Of a stretch of DNA of 64,000 nt, positions 45,101-54,945 are shown piece after piece (position 1 is the first letter of the stretch; each line of letters opens with the position of its first letter). The notes under the pieces were generated by a model. The model worked only from the letters and a program-made list of their open reading frames with translations, did not search any database and was not told the origin of the DNA. The translations under genes were made by a program, and so were the position numbers. The stretch comes from Prasinococcaceae sp. CCMP 1430 (lineage: Eukaryota; Plantae; Prasinodermophyta). The stretch spans positions 25,920 through 89,919 of the forward strand of contig RQSC01000007.1 of assembly GCA_013416795.1 (NCBI GenBank). The letters run 5' to 3'.

Positions 45101-48100
45101 GCCTGGCGCGATGCCAGGGGCAAGGTCGTCTTCAGCGGCTCGACCAGCGCGAACCTACCGCTCGTTTCGGGGAGCGAGGTGACCATGTACGCCTCCTGGG
45201 ACGACTCGACGCAGGCGCGCCTGAAGATCGAGATCACCGCGCTGACGGCCACACAGGCCACCCTCAAGATGACGTCCATTCGGTTGCACGACGGCGCCAA
45301 GAAGGAGGAGGAGGACCTGGGCACTGAGACCGTTCCCATCGACGGCGCGAGCCTCGACCTCGGCTCCGCGCGCGGCATCACGCTCTTTAACGAGGCTGGC
45401 ACCAAGCCCGCACTCGGCAACGGCTTTGTGGTGAACGCCGACGGCCTGCTGCCGGTCACCTCCTGCCGCGCTTTCACCGTGACGATGCTCGCGGACCTCT
45501 CCAAGGCCGAGGACGGCGACGTGCTCTTCTCCATGTCGGACGAGCTCGTCGATCACCCCAAGCTGCTCGTTAAGATTGGCGTGACCTCGTCGTATTGGAG
45601 CACGTCAAAGACGCTCTCGGTGTGCTGGCTCACCGGGCAGCCGTGCATGCCCGTGACCTTGCCCGACACCGGCTCGACCTCGCACCTCGCGCTGGTCGTG
45701 CAGGAGAACGGCGACAACGTGGAGGTGCAGGTGTTCTTCGACGGCACCGAGCTCGGCGATCGCGGTGACTACAAGCCTTTCCTGCGCAACGGTTGGTGCA
45801 TCCCCGATGCGAGCCAGTACCCTCAGCGCGGTTCGTGGAGCTCGAGCCCGAAGGCGTACGGCAACTGCGCCAGCGAGCCGCTCGGTGCCGGCCTGCCGCC
45901 CATGGAGGCGCTGCGCTTCGGTGGCGCCGCGGCCAAGGGCAAGAGCGGCCCCAACGGCGTGGCCACGCACGCGCGCTTCTACAACTTCCCGCTGTCAAGC
46001 TCGCAGATCAAGAGCGACAACGAGTGCGCCTCTCGCAAGACGTGCGAGTCTGAGCTCGGTCTCGGTGCAGCCGGTGACTCGCCGCCAGTGCTCGAGACGC
46101 TGCGCGTGGCGCGCGAGGACGGCGAGGACGACGACGACGACGATGGGGCGCTCGAGCTCTTCACTGACACCGAAGCGGTCTTCGAGTACACGGCACGTTC
46201 TGTGACCGGTGAAGGCACCGTCGGATTCGAGGTCAGCACTCGCGAGGGCGGCGTAATCCACACGGACAGCGCCGAGGGCGAGGTCTCCGGCACCTTTAAG
46301 GTGTCGTTCTCTACGCCGGGCACGTACGCCGTGGCTGTGAAAATGACCGCCGGCGAGGCTGTGGCCACCGAGTACGCCATGGCGCACGTGCACCGCCCAG
46401 GGTCGGGCCTCGAGCACAAGGGGCGCTTCGTGCTGCCGCGCGGCGCCGACCTTGACATGTCGATCAACCCCGCCGACCAGTTCTCCGACTTTGACGGCCA
46501 GTACACCTTCTCCAATGTGCTCGTTTTCGACGACGCAGACGCACCGCAGTGCGCGCTCCTCCAGAACCCAACCACCGGTATGCTCATCACCATCGATGCT
46601 GGCGCCAGCACCTTCACCGTCAGCGGACGCACGGGCAGCGCGCCGCCAGCGGCTTACAACAAGGACGGCACCTTCCCGGAGAGGCACCACCTGCAGGTGG
46701 CCACCACCGGCTCGACCACGGAGGTCTTCCTGAACGGCGTCTCCGCCGGCAGCCTCAAGGCCATCGGCCTGAGCAGCCCGGGCGCCGCCGGCGGTGAGCT
46801 GCGGCTTGGAGCCAAGGTGGACAGCGACAAGATCCCGACTTGCGAAGGCGCCGTTGGCAAGGCCAGCTTGTACAACTACTTCATCGGCGCAAACGCGCTC
46901 GAGATGGAGAGGCGCTGCCCCGAGCGCGGCTCGTGCAAGGTCTTCAACATCTGCTCGTACGCGGACACCGACAAGGCGTGCCGCAAGTTCTTCGACATCA
47001 ATGCGGAGCTTGACACGCTCAACAACCCACCGCCGCCTCCGCTGCCGCCGAGCCCGCCGAGCCCTCCGCCGAGCCCGCCGACACCGCCGCCGAGCCCGCC
47101 GCCGCCGCCTTCACCGCAGCCGCCACCGGCGCCGCCGAGCCCTCCGCCGAGCCCGCCGCCGCCGCCTGGCCCGCCGCCGAGCCCACCGCCGTTTCCACCG
47201 CCAAGTCCGCCGCCGAGCCCGCCGCCGCCCCCAGCGCCTCAATACCGCGCCGCGGAGGCGACCATGTTCGACTGCGGCACGTCGGTTCAGCTTCCGCTGA
47301 CGATCGAGGCCATCCTCCAGGTCGATGCGCCATCCGAGTCGGGCGCAGCGCAGGTCATCTGGGCGGCGCACGATGGCAGCGGCGACGATCCGGCGCTCGT
47401 CTTCCAGATTCGCGACGGCAAGCCGGAGCTCAAGTACAAAGGCACGCTCCTTGCGCCGCCGACGCCGCCGCCCAGCCCACCTAACCCTCCGCCGCCGAGC
47501 CCTCCTACCCCACCTCCCATGGGTGGCGGGGGTGGTGGGCTCGAGAGGCCTGATTTGGGCGACGGCGAAGGAGGGCTTGGTGGCATCCCGGACGACATGA
47601 AGGACAAGGTCCCGCCGATGCCCGAGGGTGCGCCCCCTTTCCCTGACAGGCTCGCCGGCCGCAGGCCGGGCGGCCAAAACAAGCCCGACTGGCTCAATGA
47701 TATGACAGGTGGCGGTCACGAGGGCGCCGGTGGTAGCCCCTTCGGCTCCTTCGGCTCCCACGGCGGCCGGAAGATGCTCTTCGGCAGCTGGGGCGGCAAC
47801 AACGGCTCTCCCAGTGGGAGTGGCTCCTCTCACGACGACGACGACGACGACGAGATCCTGGAGTTTACGACCATCTCCGCCGACGAGGGCGCCAACAAAG
47901 AGGGCGCTTGGCAGCACGTAGCCGTCGCGATCGCGCCGCGCGGTTTCGTCTCGATCTACCAAGAGGGCCTGCGCATCGGCACCGGCCAGATCAACGTGGG
48001 CGGTCTGCAGGCCTTCAGCGACTTCTCGCTCTTTGGCTACGCCCACGAGAAAGAGAGGTACTGGCAGAGCAGCCCAAAGGAGTTCACCATGTACGACCCC

Positions 48101-48775
48101 TTTGAGGGCATCATCGACGAGATTCGCATCTACAACACGAGCCTGCTGCTGGAGGACCTCCTCGACATCCGCGCCTCGGAGCCTGCCTCCAAGGGCCTCG
48201 TCCACCACTATCCTTTCTACTACCAGGGCCACGAGCCAGGGGACGTCCGCGAGATTGCCGACGTCGTGGGTGGTAACGACTCGTGCGAGCCGTCCGAGGC
48301 CGGCGAGTGGTACGCCCAAGAGAAGGCTGACGAGGAAAACGAGGCGCAAAACCCGATGAGGTACCCGCAGTGGTACCTCGAGCGAATCGGAAAGAACATC
48401 GTGACCGTCGAGCCGACGATCCTCAAGTTTGTGGAGTCGGACGCTGGCCTTGGCGGGTCGTTCGACGGGCTGTACAGCCCGCCACCGCCGCCGAGCCCGA
48501 GCCCGCCGCCGCCGAGCCCGAGCCCACCACCACCAGGTCAGCCGCCGAGCCCGCCGCCAGAGCCACCGGCTCCGCCGCCGAGCCCGCCCCTCGACTGGTA
48601 TCACTCCCACAATCCCGACCATCACCACCATGACGACGACGAAGATGATGCCCCTGCGTCGCTGCCCAGCGCTCCGCCGAGCCCGCCGCCGAGCCCGCCG
48701 CCGAGCCCCCCGCCTCCGCCGCCTCCTCCGCCGAGTGCACCGCCTAGCCCGCCACCGAGCCCGACGCGACGATGA
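42161..48775 (+). CDS. Secreted multidomain protein, segment 1: signal peptide, LamG-like and Ig/PKD-like modules, M11 (gametolysin-type) metalloprotease, Ser-Pro(n) repeats
   Basis: [22 protein letters not shown] signal, HEIGHAWDLAH (44162-44194), EYMDYWSVMG Met-turn, WQHVAV…FEGIIDEIRIYN LamG motifs, SPPP tracts. Confidence 0.85.
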   Translation: MARCSALALVLGAAAAAGAAAQSADLFVTELLQRPITLITKGVCAAENFDTPVGLTVPSQMVPWDGGDFTFSLRVDTDIPDDKPWSCSGYSCGESSTGALFGINGQFSLGMSDVFSKIKITIPSIPSMYHAQEGVGSLSKSIDGRASSKRRALLATEDSATDGGDGALLDAPGAVVANATSRGLKFYGGKGGGGWNGGGGGAANLPKKDDNPDEYDVTVMRRGSQVAACVNGDMVVEWTDVEYWAEGEIMHDAPYSEADGQVFFGYTTPQHWGPSSGQPPSSPAFSIPGEYKSARIANKAFDTCEEAVAATLDAVEAEDGSLIPYADEAANVKPKVELTSSLGSSMFVNDETTIRVRATDADGEPIKVTVTFFARPPEECDWPQCNSKSTHLINGTGEAELEIKNLWPFPGRFLVRVVATDFRGGIDVLDVPFMVHKIGDTNFSAPCCRYAVETIHYAPKKGPHNTRWTNSGDPYERLYNYQIIADPFPEQRLDVLSCKGMHHAGPGTSINFGVYMNKDRGSSQRFVLVPTTNGCGSTYSHPYLDYGAASEEGSTNDAGLACGCTKGGTKLIIEEGLGLDNMNQFYIRVSYGRMSLHWDPPILPPVNGRASVSDITDAFDGNPFFRHFMFYQEQNPGTGNSGTGGGKMSQLSGCDFGSGKIPGIIIAHEIGHAWDLAHAEMWTNTDSSQVSMKDPASSQGQGFTEYMDYWSVMGRGIDFNEVDRLRLGWIHETEQKLWLKADRAVVKEEILVLHPVDRAESKGNRLMLTFEGNEAPVFLACMFRSFSGSPRDSLRLGRWGGFSRGSVSTSQHLQGNIQGFSCIRSKGGSKRLSRDDFRVDFNVLDGDYPSLLPRSAGSNPPEGGLANGLAAGKTWYYQEGGMSVSVLNIGEDACDTPPLYPLFDEWGVNTYECMSVKVKTGLEVDRPFMGRKVTVGYTLADAAVPVLANTGKQCGEVDVKLAVSVELSVEGEEDLEPEAIAWRDARGKVVFSGSTSANLPLVSGSEVTMYASWDDSTQARLKIEITALTATQATLKMTSIRLHDGAKKEEEDLGTETVPIDGASLDLGSARGITLFNEAGTKPALGNGFVVNADGLLPVTSCRAFTVTMLADLSKAEDGDVLFSMSDELVDHPKLLVKIGVTSSYWSTSKTLSVCWLTGQPCMPVTLPDTGSTSHLALVVQENGDNVEVQVFFDGTELGDRGDYKPFLRNGWCIPDASQYPQRGSWSSSPKAYGNCASEPLGAGLPPMEALRFGGAAAKGKSGPNGVATHARFYNFPLSSSQIKSDNECASRKTCESELGLGAAGDSPPVLETLRVAREDGEDDDDDDGALELFTDTEAVFEYTARSVTGEGTVGFEVSTREGGVIHTDSAEGEVSGTFKVSFSTPGTYAVAVKMTAGEAVATEYAMAHVHRPGSGLEHKGRFVLPRGADLDMSINPADQFSDFDGQYTFSNVLVFDDADAPQCALLQNPTTGMLITIDAGASTFTVSGRTGSAPPAAYNKDGTFPERHHLQVATTGSTTEVFLNGVSAGSLKAIGLSSPGAAGGELRLGAKVDSDKIPTCEGAVGKASLYNYFIGANALEMERRCPERGSCKVFNICSYADTDKACRKFFDINAELDTLNNPPPPPLPPSPPSPPPSPPTPPPSPPPPPSPQPPPAPPSPPPSPPPPPGPPPSPPPFPPPSPPPSPPPPPAPQYRAAEATMFDCGTSVQLPLTIEAILQVDAPSESGAAQVIWAAHDGSGDDPALVFQIRDGKPELKYKGTLLAPPTPPPSPPNPPPPSPPTPPPMGGGGGGLERPDLGDGEGGLGGIPDDMKDKVPPMPEGAPPFPDRLAGRRPGGQNKPDWLNDMTGGGHEGAGGSPFGSFGSHGGRKMLFGSWGGNNGSPSGSGSSHDDDDDDEILEFTTISADEGANKEGAWQHVAVAIAPRGFVSIYQEGLRIGTGQINVGGLQAFSDFSLFGYAHEKERYWQSSPKEFTMYDPFEGIIDEIRIYNTSLLLEDLLDIRASEPASKGLVHHYPFYYQGHEPGDVREIADVVGGNDSCEPSEAGEWYAQEKADEENEAQNPMRYPQWYLERIGKNIVTVEPTILKFVESDAGLGGSFDGLYSPPPPPSPSPPPPSPSPPPPGQPPSPPPEPPAPPPSPPLDWYHSHNPDHHHHDDDEDDAPASLPSAPPSPPPSPPPSPPPPPPPPPSAPPSPPPSPTRR

Positions 48776-51140
48776 CCGCCTGCGAGCCCGTGCGCTCGAG
48801 CCCGCCGCCGAGCCCGCCGCCTCCCACTCCGCCGCCGAATCCTCCGCCACCGAGCCCACCTCCCGGTGCGCCTGTCGCTGGACCGCCGCCGCCTCCTCCT
48901 CCACCGCCGCCCCCGCCGCCGAGCGCCCCGCCGAGCCCTCCGCCAAGCCCTCCGCCGACTCCGAGCGCGCCGCCGAGCCCGCCTCCGAGCCCACCGCCAC
49001 CACCGCCGCCGCCGCCGTCAAGCCCGCCGGCACCGCCGCCCTCTCAGCCTCCAAGCCCGCCGCCGCCGCCGCCGCCGCCGCCGTCGATGCCTCCGAGCCC
49101 ACCGCCAGGCTCGCCACCGCCTCCGAGCCCGCCGGCGCCACCGCCGAGCCCGCCCATCGAGTGGCTGCACTACATCGCGCCCTCGCCACCGACGCCGCCT
49201 CCGGTGCCCAGCGCACCGCCGAGCCCGCCGCCACTGCAGCCGCCGAGCGCGCCACCGAGCCCGCCGCCGCCGCCCAACCCGCCGCCGCCACCGCCGCCTG
49301 CGCAGCCGAGTCCGCCCATTGAGTGGTGGCACCCTGGTCGGTACCACGCCCCGAACCCGCCTCCGCCGCCTCTTACGAAGAAGCAGAAGAAGGCCGCGAA
49401 GAAGGCCGCGGAGGCGGCGAGCTCGGACGGGGGCGTGTGTGACGGCCTGAACAAGAAGAAGTGCAAGAAGCAGGCGGGCTGCACGTACAAGAAGAAGCAG
49501 TGTATTGAGGACACGAGCGCGCGCCGTGCCTTGCTCCAAAAGAAAATGAAGAAGAGCAAGTCCGCTGCGCCACCCCCGGCGCCGCCTGCCGTCGTCGAGG
49601 CTGTGTTCGCCTCCGTGCTCGACTGCGGCGAGGGTTTCCCTTCGTCGCCCTTCACTATCGAGGCCTTCGTGTACGCGAGCACGGCCGCCGAGTACACCGA
49701 GACGCAGCGCCTCGTGACCGCCGAGGCGGTCGACGCGTCCGAGTTCAGCGTCGCTTGGCACCTGTCAATCCGCCGCGGCTCGCCGGTCTTCGGCTACGTG
49801 GCGGATGATGAGGTCGAGGAGGTTGCGGCCCCCTCGCGCTTCGAGCTGCGAAACCGCTGGCAGCACATCGCCGTCAGCGTGGGCGACGGCGCCATCGTGC
49901 TATACCAGGAGGGCGTGGAGGTCGCGCGCGCCGCGATGCGCGGCGAGCCGGCTGCCGCGTCCAACATTCAGCTGGGCGGCTACGCCTCGCGTGCCTGGGA
50001 GGGCGCGGAGGCCGTGCATTCGGTCTTTGATGGCCTCATCGACGAGGTGCGCGTCTTCTCCGGCGTGCGATCGGCCGCGGACATCCTCAGCTACGTAGGT
50101 GTGTCCGGTACGACCGCCCAGATGCCGACATTGCAGCGCCTGTACAACGTGCGCTTCGACCCTGCGTCCTCGAGCATCGCACCGGCGGTCCTCAGGGACG
50201 CGACCGGCAACAGTGGCGGCTGCACGGTGTCGCCCGAGGCTTACGCCGCGGGCTACGGCATTGAGTGGCTTCCTGATGGCTCGCAGTCTGCTGGCCTTGA
50301 GCTCCCCGCGGTGGTGGCGTCACCGCCTCCCGCTCTCATCGAGCTGCCGCCGCTGTCGCTGTCGCCGCCGCCGGCTATCGCCACCGCCGAACCGCCACTG
50401 GCGGTCGGGGAACCGACCGCCTTCGCGACGCCTCCGGCTTATGATTACGATTCAGAGGAGTGCGCAACGCCGCCATCGAGGACCTTCACGCTGCCTGGAG
50501 GTGGCATGCTGCCCTTCAGCGGCGCCTCAGGCTGCTCGCCGATGTCGTCGCCCTTTGGGTCGACCTCGTCGTACATGACCGCCTACGAGCACGCGAGGCT
50601 GGACGGCCACGGGAGCTTCGGGTGCCAGACCTTTGACGCAGCAGGCGACGGCCTCACGCTGACCTTCTCGCTCAAGCCCGCGCGCGCGTTCACCGGCGCT
50701 GTGGCCGCCATGCTCGATGGCGACGGCGATGCCTTTATGACCATTGGCATTCAGACGGGCGGCTGGCTCGAGGCCAGGGTGCTTTCGGACGAGGCCACCG
50801 GCCGCAAACTGGGCGTCACCCTCAAGGAGCCCGCGTTGGCCTCGGGCGACAGGTGGACCACGTGCAGCCTCGTGCTGTCGGGGTCGAACGCCAGGCTTGC
50901 TTGCGGCACCGCCTCGGTTTCTGAGGATGCCGCGAACGACTTCCCGCTGCCGGACACTGCCGCGCTCATCATCGGCGCCCACGAGATCGATGCGTCGGGC
51001 CACGGCTTTGAGGGCGAGGTCGACGACGTGCGCGTGTGGTCCAAGGCGCTGCGCACGAGCCAGATCCAGGTCAACCGTGACAACGAGCTCGTCGGTGACG
51101 AGGATGGCCTTGCTGCGTACTACCGCATGGGCGAGGCTGG
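48772..51140 (+). CDS. Segment 2 of the same locus: Ser-Pro(n) stalk plus two LamG-like domains
   Basis: SPPP repeats, WQHIAVSV…FDGLIDEVRVF, GFEGEVDDVRVW…GLAAYYRM. Confidence 0.8.
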
Positions 51141-54100
51141 AGGGCACGACTGTGCTCGACGCCACCGGCCATGGCGCCGCGTGCGAGTTCGTCAGCACAG
51201 ACCTCGACACGCCCGCTGCAAGCATTTTCGTGCATGTGCCTCTGACCGAACGCCGCCTGTATGCGCCCGAGCCCAAGCCGGCACTCACGAAGGATGGCGG
51301 GCGCCGCCGCTCTTTGCTGCAGACGGTGCCGCCGGCGCCGGCAAGCGCGGTCACTCTCGCGCCCGAGGGTGCCAAGGCCACGTGCGCGCAGATCCTCGCG
51401 GAGACTCCGGCGCTCGAGGGTCTCGACGGCCAGCGTGTGGTCGCGCTGCCCGATGGCGCCGCACAGAAGGTGTACTGTGACATGACGCGCTTTGGCGGAG
51501 GCTGGACGCTGCTCGTGAACAACGCGGGCGGTGGCGGATTCACCCAGGACAACGTGCTGCGCCGCTACCCCGCGAATCCCAACATCATGTCCGACTACTC
51601 CAACTTGGCCATGACGGACACGATCCTCGCCGCCGGCGCCACCGGCCGCCCCTGGCACTACATGGTGGAAGTTGTGGTCAAGCCCGACGCGGACGCTGCG
51701 GTCACTGAGTCTCGCGGCGCGGTGTACTCCGCTCCGGCCAACTCCTCGCTGATCGGCGGCAACTCAAAGCGGGCATCGGTCAGCCTGGTGGAGCGCTTCG
51801 GCGAGTGGCGTGCGTCGCCGCTCGGCCTGCAAGACCTTCTCCCTACCGTTGTGACCGATGGCTCCGACGATGACGAGACGCACGCGCTGCTCTCGACGGG
51901 CATCCGCCCTCTCGCCAGCCCGTGGGGTGCACTGGTCAATGCCGGCGAGCTACCCGACGCTTGCAACGCTGCCACGACATTCTTCGATGCGTGCGTGGTT
52001 AACACGCGCCTCTGGGTGCGGGAGGCCGGCGACGCGCCCGTCGAGGAGCCCGAGGAGGTGACGGTGAGCGCGTGCGACCTCGCGCTGTGCGAATCGGCCG
52101 CCACCAACCAGTGCAAGCAGGCACAGTGCCTCGACGATGGCACGTGCGCGTTCGAACTCAACAAGCCCGACGGCACCGCGTGCGATGACGGCGACAGCTC
52201 GACGCACCTCGACGAGTGCGACGCTGGCGTGTGCCTCGGCTACACGCTCGTGTCGCGCCAGGTTGCGCCCCTGACGCCTGCGCAGGTAGAGCGTGCGGCG
52301 TCTGGCGAGCGTGTCGGTGATGCGGACGCTTCGTTCGTGGATGCGGCCGCCATCAAGAGCCTCAGCTCGCGCGGGGGCGTCAACTACGCGCTGCACTGGC
52401 CGGGCACGCGCTTCAGCACGCAGACGTGGACGCAGAAGAGCTACCCATGGGAGTCGAGGACCACCTCAAAGGCACGCGGTTTTGCCGCGCGCAAGGTAAC
52501 GCTGGTCGGCTTCGCTGGACTGGTCGGTGACGGCGGTGACGAGCTCGCGGCGCTCGCGCAGGCACCCGCAGTCGGCTTGAAGGTTGGCGCCGCGCGCTCG
52601 TACTTCGACGGACTGCCCGGCCCGGGCGTGCTGCCAGTGGACACCATCGAGCTCTACGCGCGCGAGGTGCACTCGGACGGTGGCGTTGACGAGACCGCGA
52701 CCTGGACGATCACAGTGATTACGGTCCTCGTGGTCACGCTCGCGGGGCTCCTTCTGCTGAGCCTGCGCCGAATGAGGAAGAGGGGCGAGGACGTCAAGAT
52801 GGGCATGCTCTCCGGGCTGAGCGTCGCTGCTGGGCACCTCGGCATTCCAATGAGCGAACGCGTGCTCGAAGGCACGGGACACAGGTCGTTCTCCGGCTCG
52901 TTCCTGGCATCGCCGACGGCGCGCGCGGAGGCGGCGCTCATTGCCGTGCGTTCCGAGGTGTGCAAGAACTCGACCGAGCGCTGGGGGAAGCTCAGGAAGC
53001 AGTTCGAGGCGGGCTCGTACCCCTTCCGCCCGCACATGCGCCACCGACTCGTCAAGCTCATGCGCCGCTACTTGAAGCCCGACGGCAGGCTCGACCGCAA
53101 CAAGCTCCAGCGCCTCGAGGTGGCGCAGCGCGTCACCATCAAGCGCTCACAGGGCGCGTCGCTGAGCGAGCGCCTCAAGGACGAGCTCTTCCTCATCAGC
53201 GCGTACGTTTTCGACACCCTCAGCCCAGGCGTAGACGCCATGGGCAAGTTCTGGCCCGTGCTCAGCCCGCTGGTGTGTATGGTCATCTTCGGCGTGCACT
53301 CCTTCATGGCGGGACAGTACACCACCTACCAGACGGAGCTTCGCTACCGCGAGTGCGAGGCCGAGCAGGCGATCGCAGCCGCAAGCCGCGCGGAGACCCA
53401 GGCGCTGCTCGCGCAGGTGACTGCCAGTGCGGCGCTTGCACTCGAGTCCGCAAACGCTGCGCAGGAGACTGCAGCGCTCGTCGCCAATGCCACCATTGCC
53501 GAAGCAATCGACGCCACCGACACGACCATCGCCACACTCACCGCGATGTCCGACAACCAGGCACGCCAGCAGCAGGAGCAGGGAGGCAAGCAGGGCGATC
53601 TCGGCAACGACGTGTTCGCGCGGGTGCATGACGCACATCGCGCGCAGGATCGCGTGGGCGCGCTCGAGGCCGAACTCGACCTCGACAATCTCAGTCGCGA
53701 GGAGCAGGTCATGCTCGAGCAAGCCCGTGCCGACAAAGACCGGCAGGACGAGAGCGTGAAGTCGCTCTTTGATGAGGTCAGCGCCCTCGACTCAGAGATG
53801 CAGGCCGGCCGCGACCTGGCCGACAACGCGGAGACCGTCGCCACGCTTCACGAAGAGAAGCAGCAGACACGCATCAGTGCCGCACAGGGCCTCGCTGATC
53901 TTCAGATCGGCCAAGCCCAGGTGATTGCGTCAGGGGCTACCGATCAACTCGATAGCGCCGCTGCTGCTACTGCCGCCGCCAACGACCTGCTCGATCCGTG
54001 GGCGGCCGTTGGCACCCTCGACGCCAGCTTGCTCGCCAGCGATGCCGCCGCGGTGGCGCTGCTCGAGGCTAAGCTCAGCGCCGTGTCCGGCAACGGCTAT

Positions 54101-54811
54101 GGCGCCGTGGAGCACACCTGCGAGCTCTTTGCCCCCACGCGCGCCTCCCCTGGCATCTTCGAGTCGAGCCTGCACGGCTTCTCAAAGCCTTTTGACGCCG
54201 AGTACCTCGTGCGCTGGGGTGCGCGCTACGTGCCGTCGCTTCTCGAAGACACCGAGGGCTATCGCTTGATTGCGAGCACCTTTGTGCACGGCAGCTGGAG
54301 CCAGCTCTCCACTTCGATGCTCGTTATCGGCGTCGTGGGCATTCTGCTTGAGCGCCGCTACGGCTCGCTGCGCTTCCTGTCTGTCTTCGTGCTGTCAGCG
54401 CTGGGTGCCAACTTCGTCGGCGCGCTTGCCGACTCGGAGTGCGACGTCGTCACCGGCGCCACGGGTGCTACCTTCGGCCTCATGGCGTTCTATGTTCTCG
54501 ACGCGGCGCTGTGCTCCTTCCACGCCGTGGCGCCCCCCACCATCTTCGCCTGGTCGTCGGCCACGCTCGTGTCGCTCATCCAGATTGCTGCGGCGTTCAC
54601 GGGCGGCTCGATCGGCCACCTCACCAACTTCGGCGGATTCGTCACCGGCCTCGTCGTGTCGACGATCATGATCCCGCACTTTGTGCAGGAGCGTCTGGAG
54701 GTGCTCGTGCTGCCCGTGACGGCGATCGGGATCCTTGTGGTGTTCGCCGTGCTGCCGGCCGTGTTCTACGTGCAGAGCACCCCTTACTGCGCGGAGCAGT
54801 GGGAGCTCTAA
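51138..54811 (+). CDS. Segment 3: fibrinogen-C-like domain, Cys-rich repeat, TM, coiled coil and C-terminal inactive rhomboid domain
   Basis: VYCDMTRFGGGWTLLV; PDGTACDDG…CDAGVC; TM WTITVITVLVVTLAGLLLL; WGARYVP…GYRLIASTFVH, LERRYGSLRFLSVF, GATG, HLTNFGG. Confidence 0.8.
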
Positions 54812-54945
54812 GGGAAGCGTAGACTATTAATTAAATACAGTATTATTCTATGGGACTCTGACATTGCGAGCTTTGCACGCGTCCGCGCCAGCGCTGCCTC
54901 CGCCAGCCAGCTGCTTCGCGCCCCGCGACGCAATAGTCGATGCGG

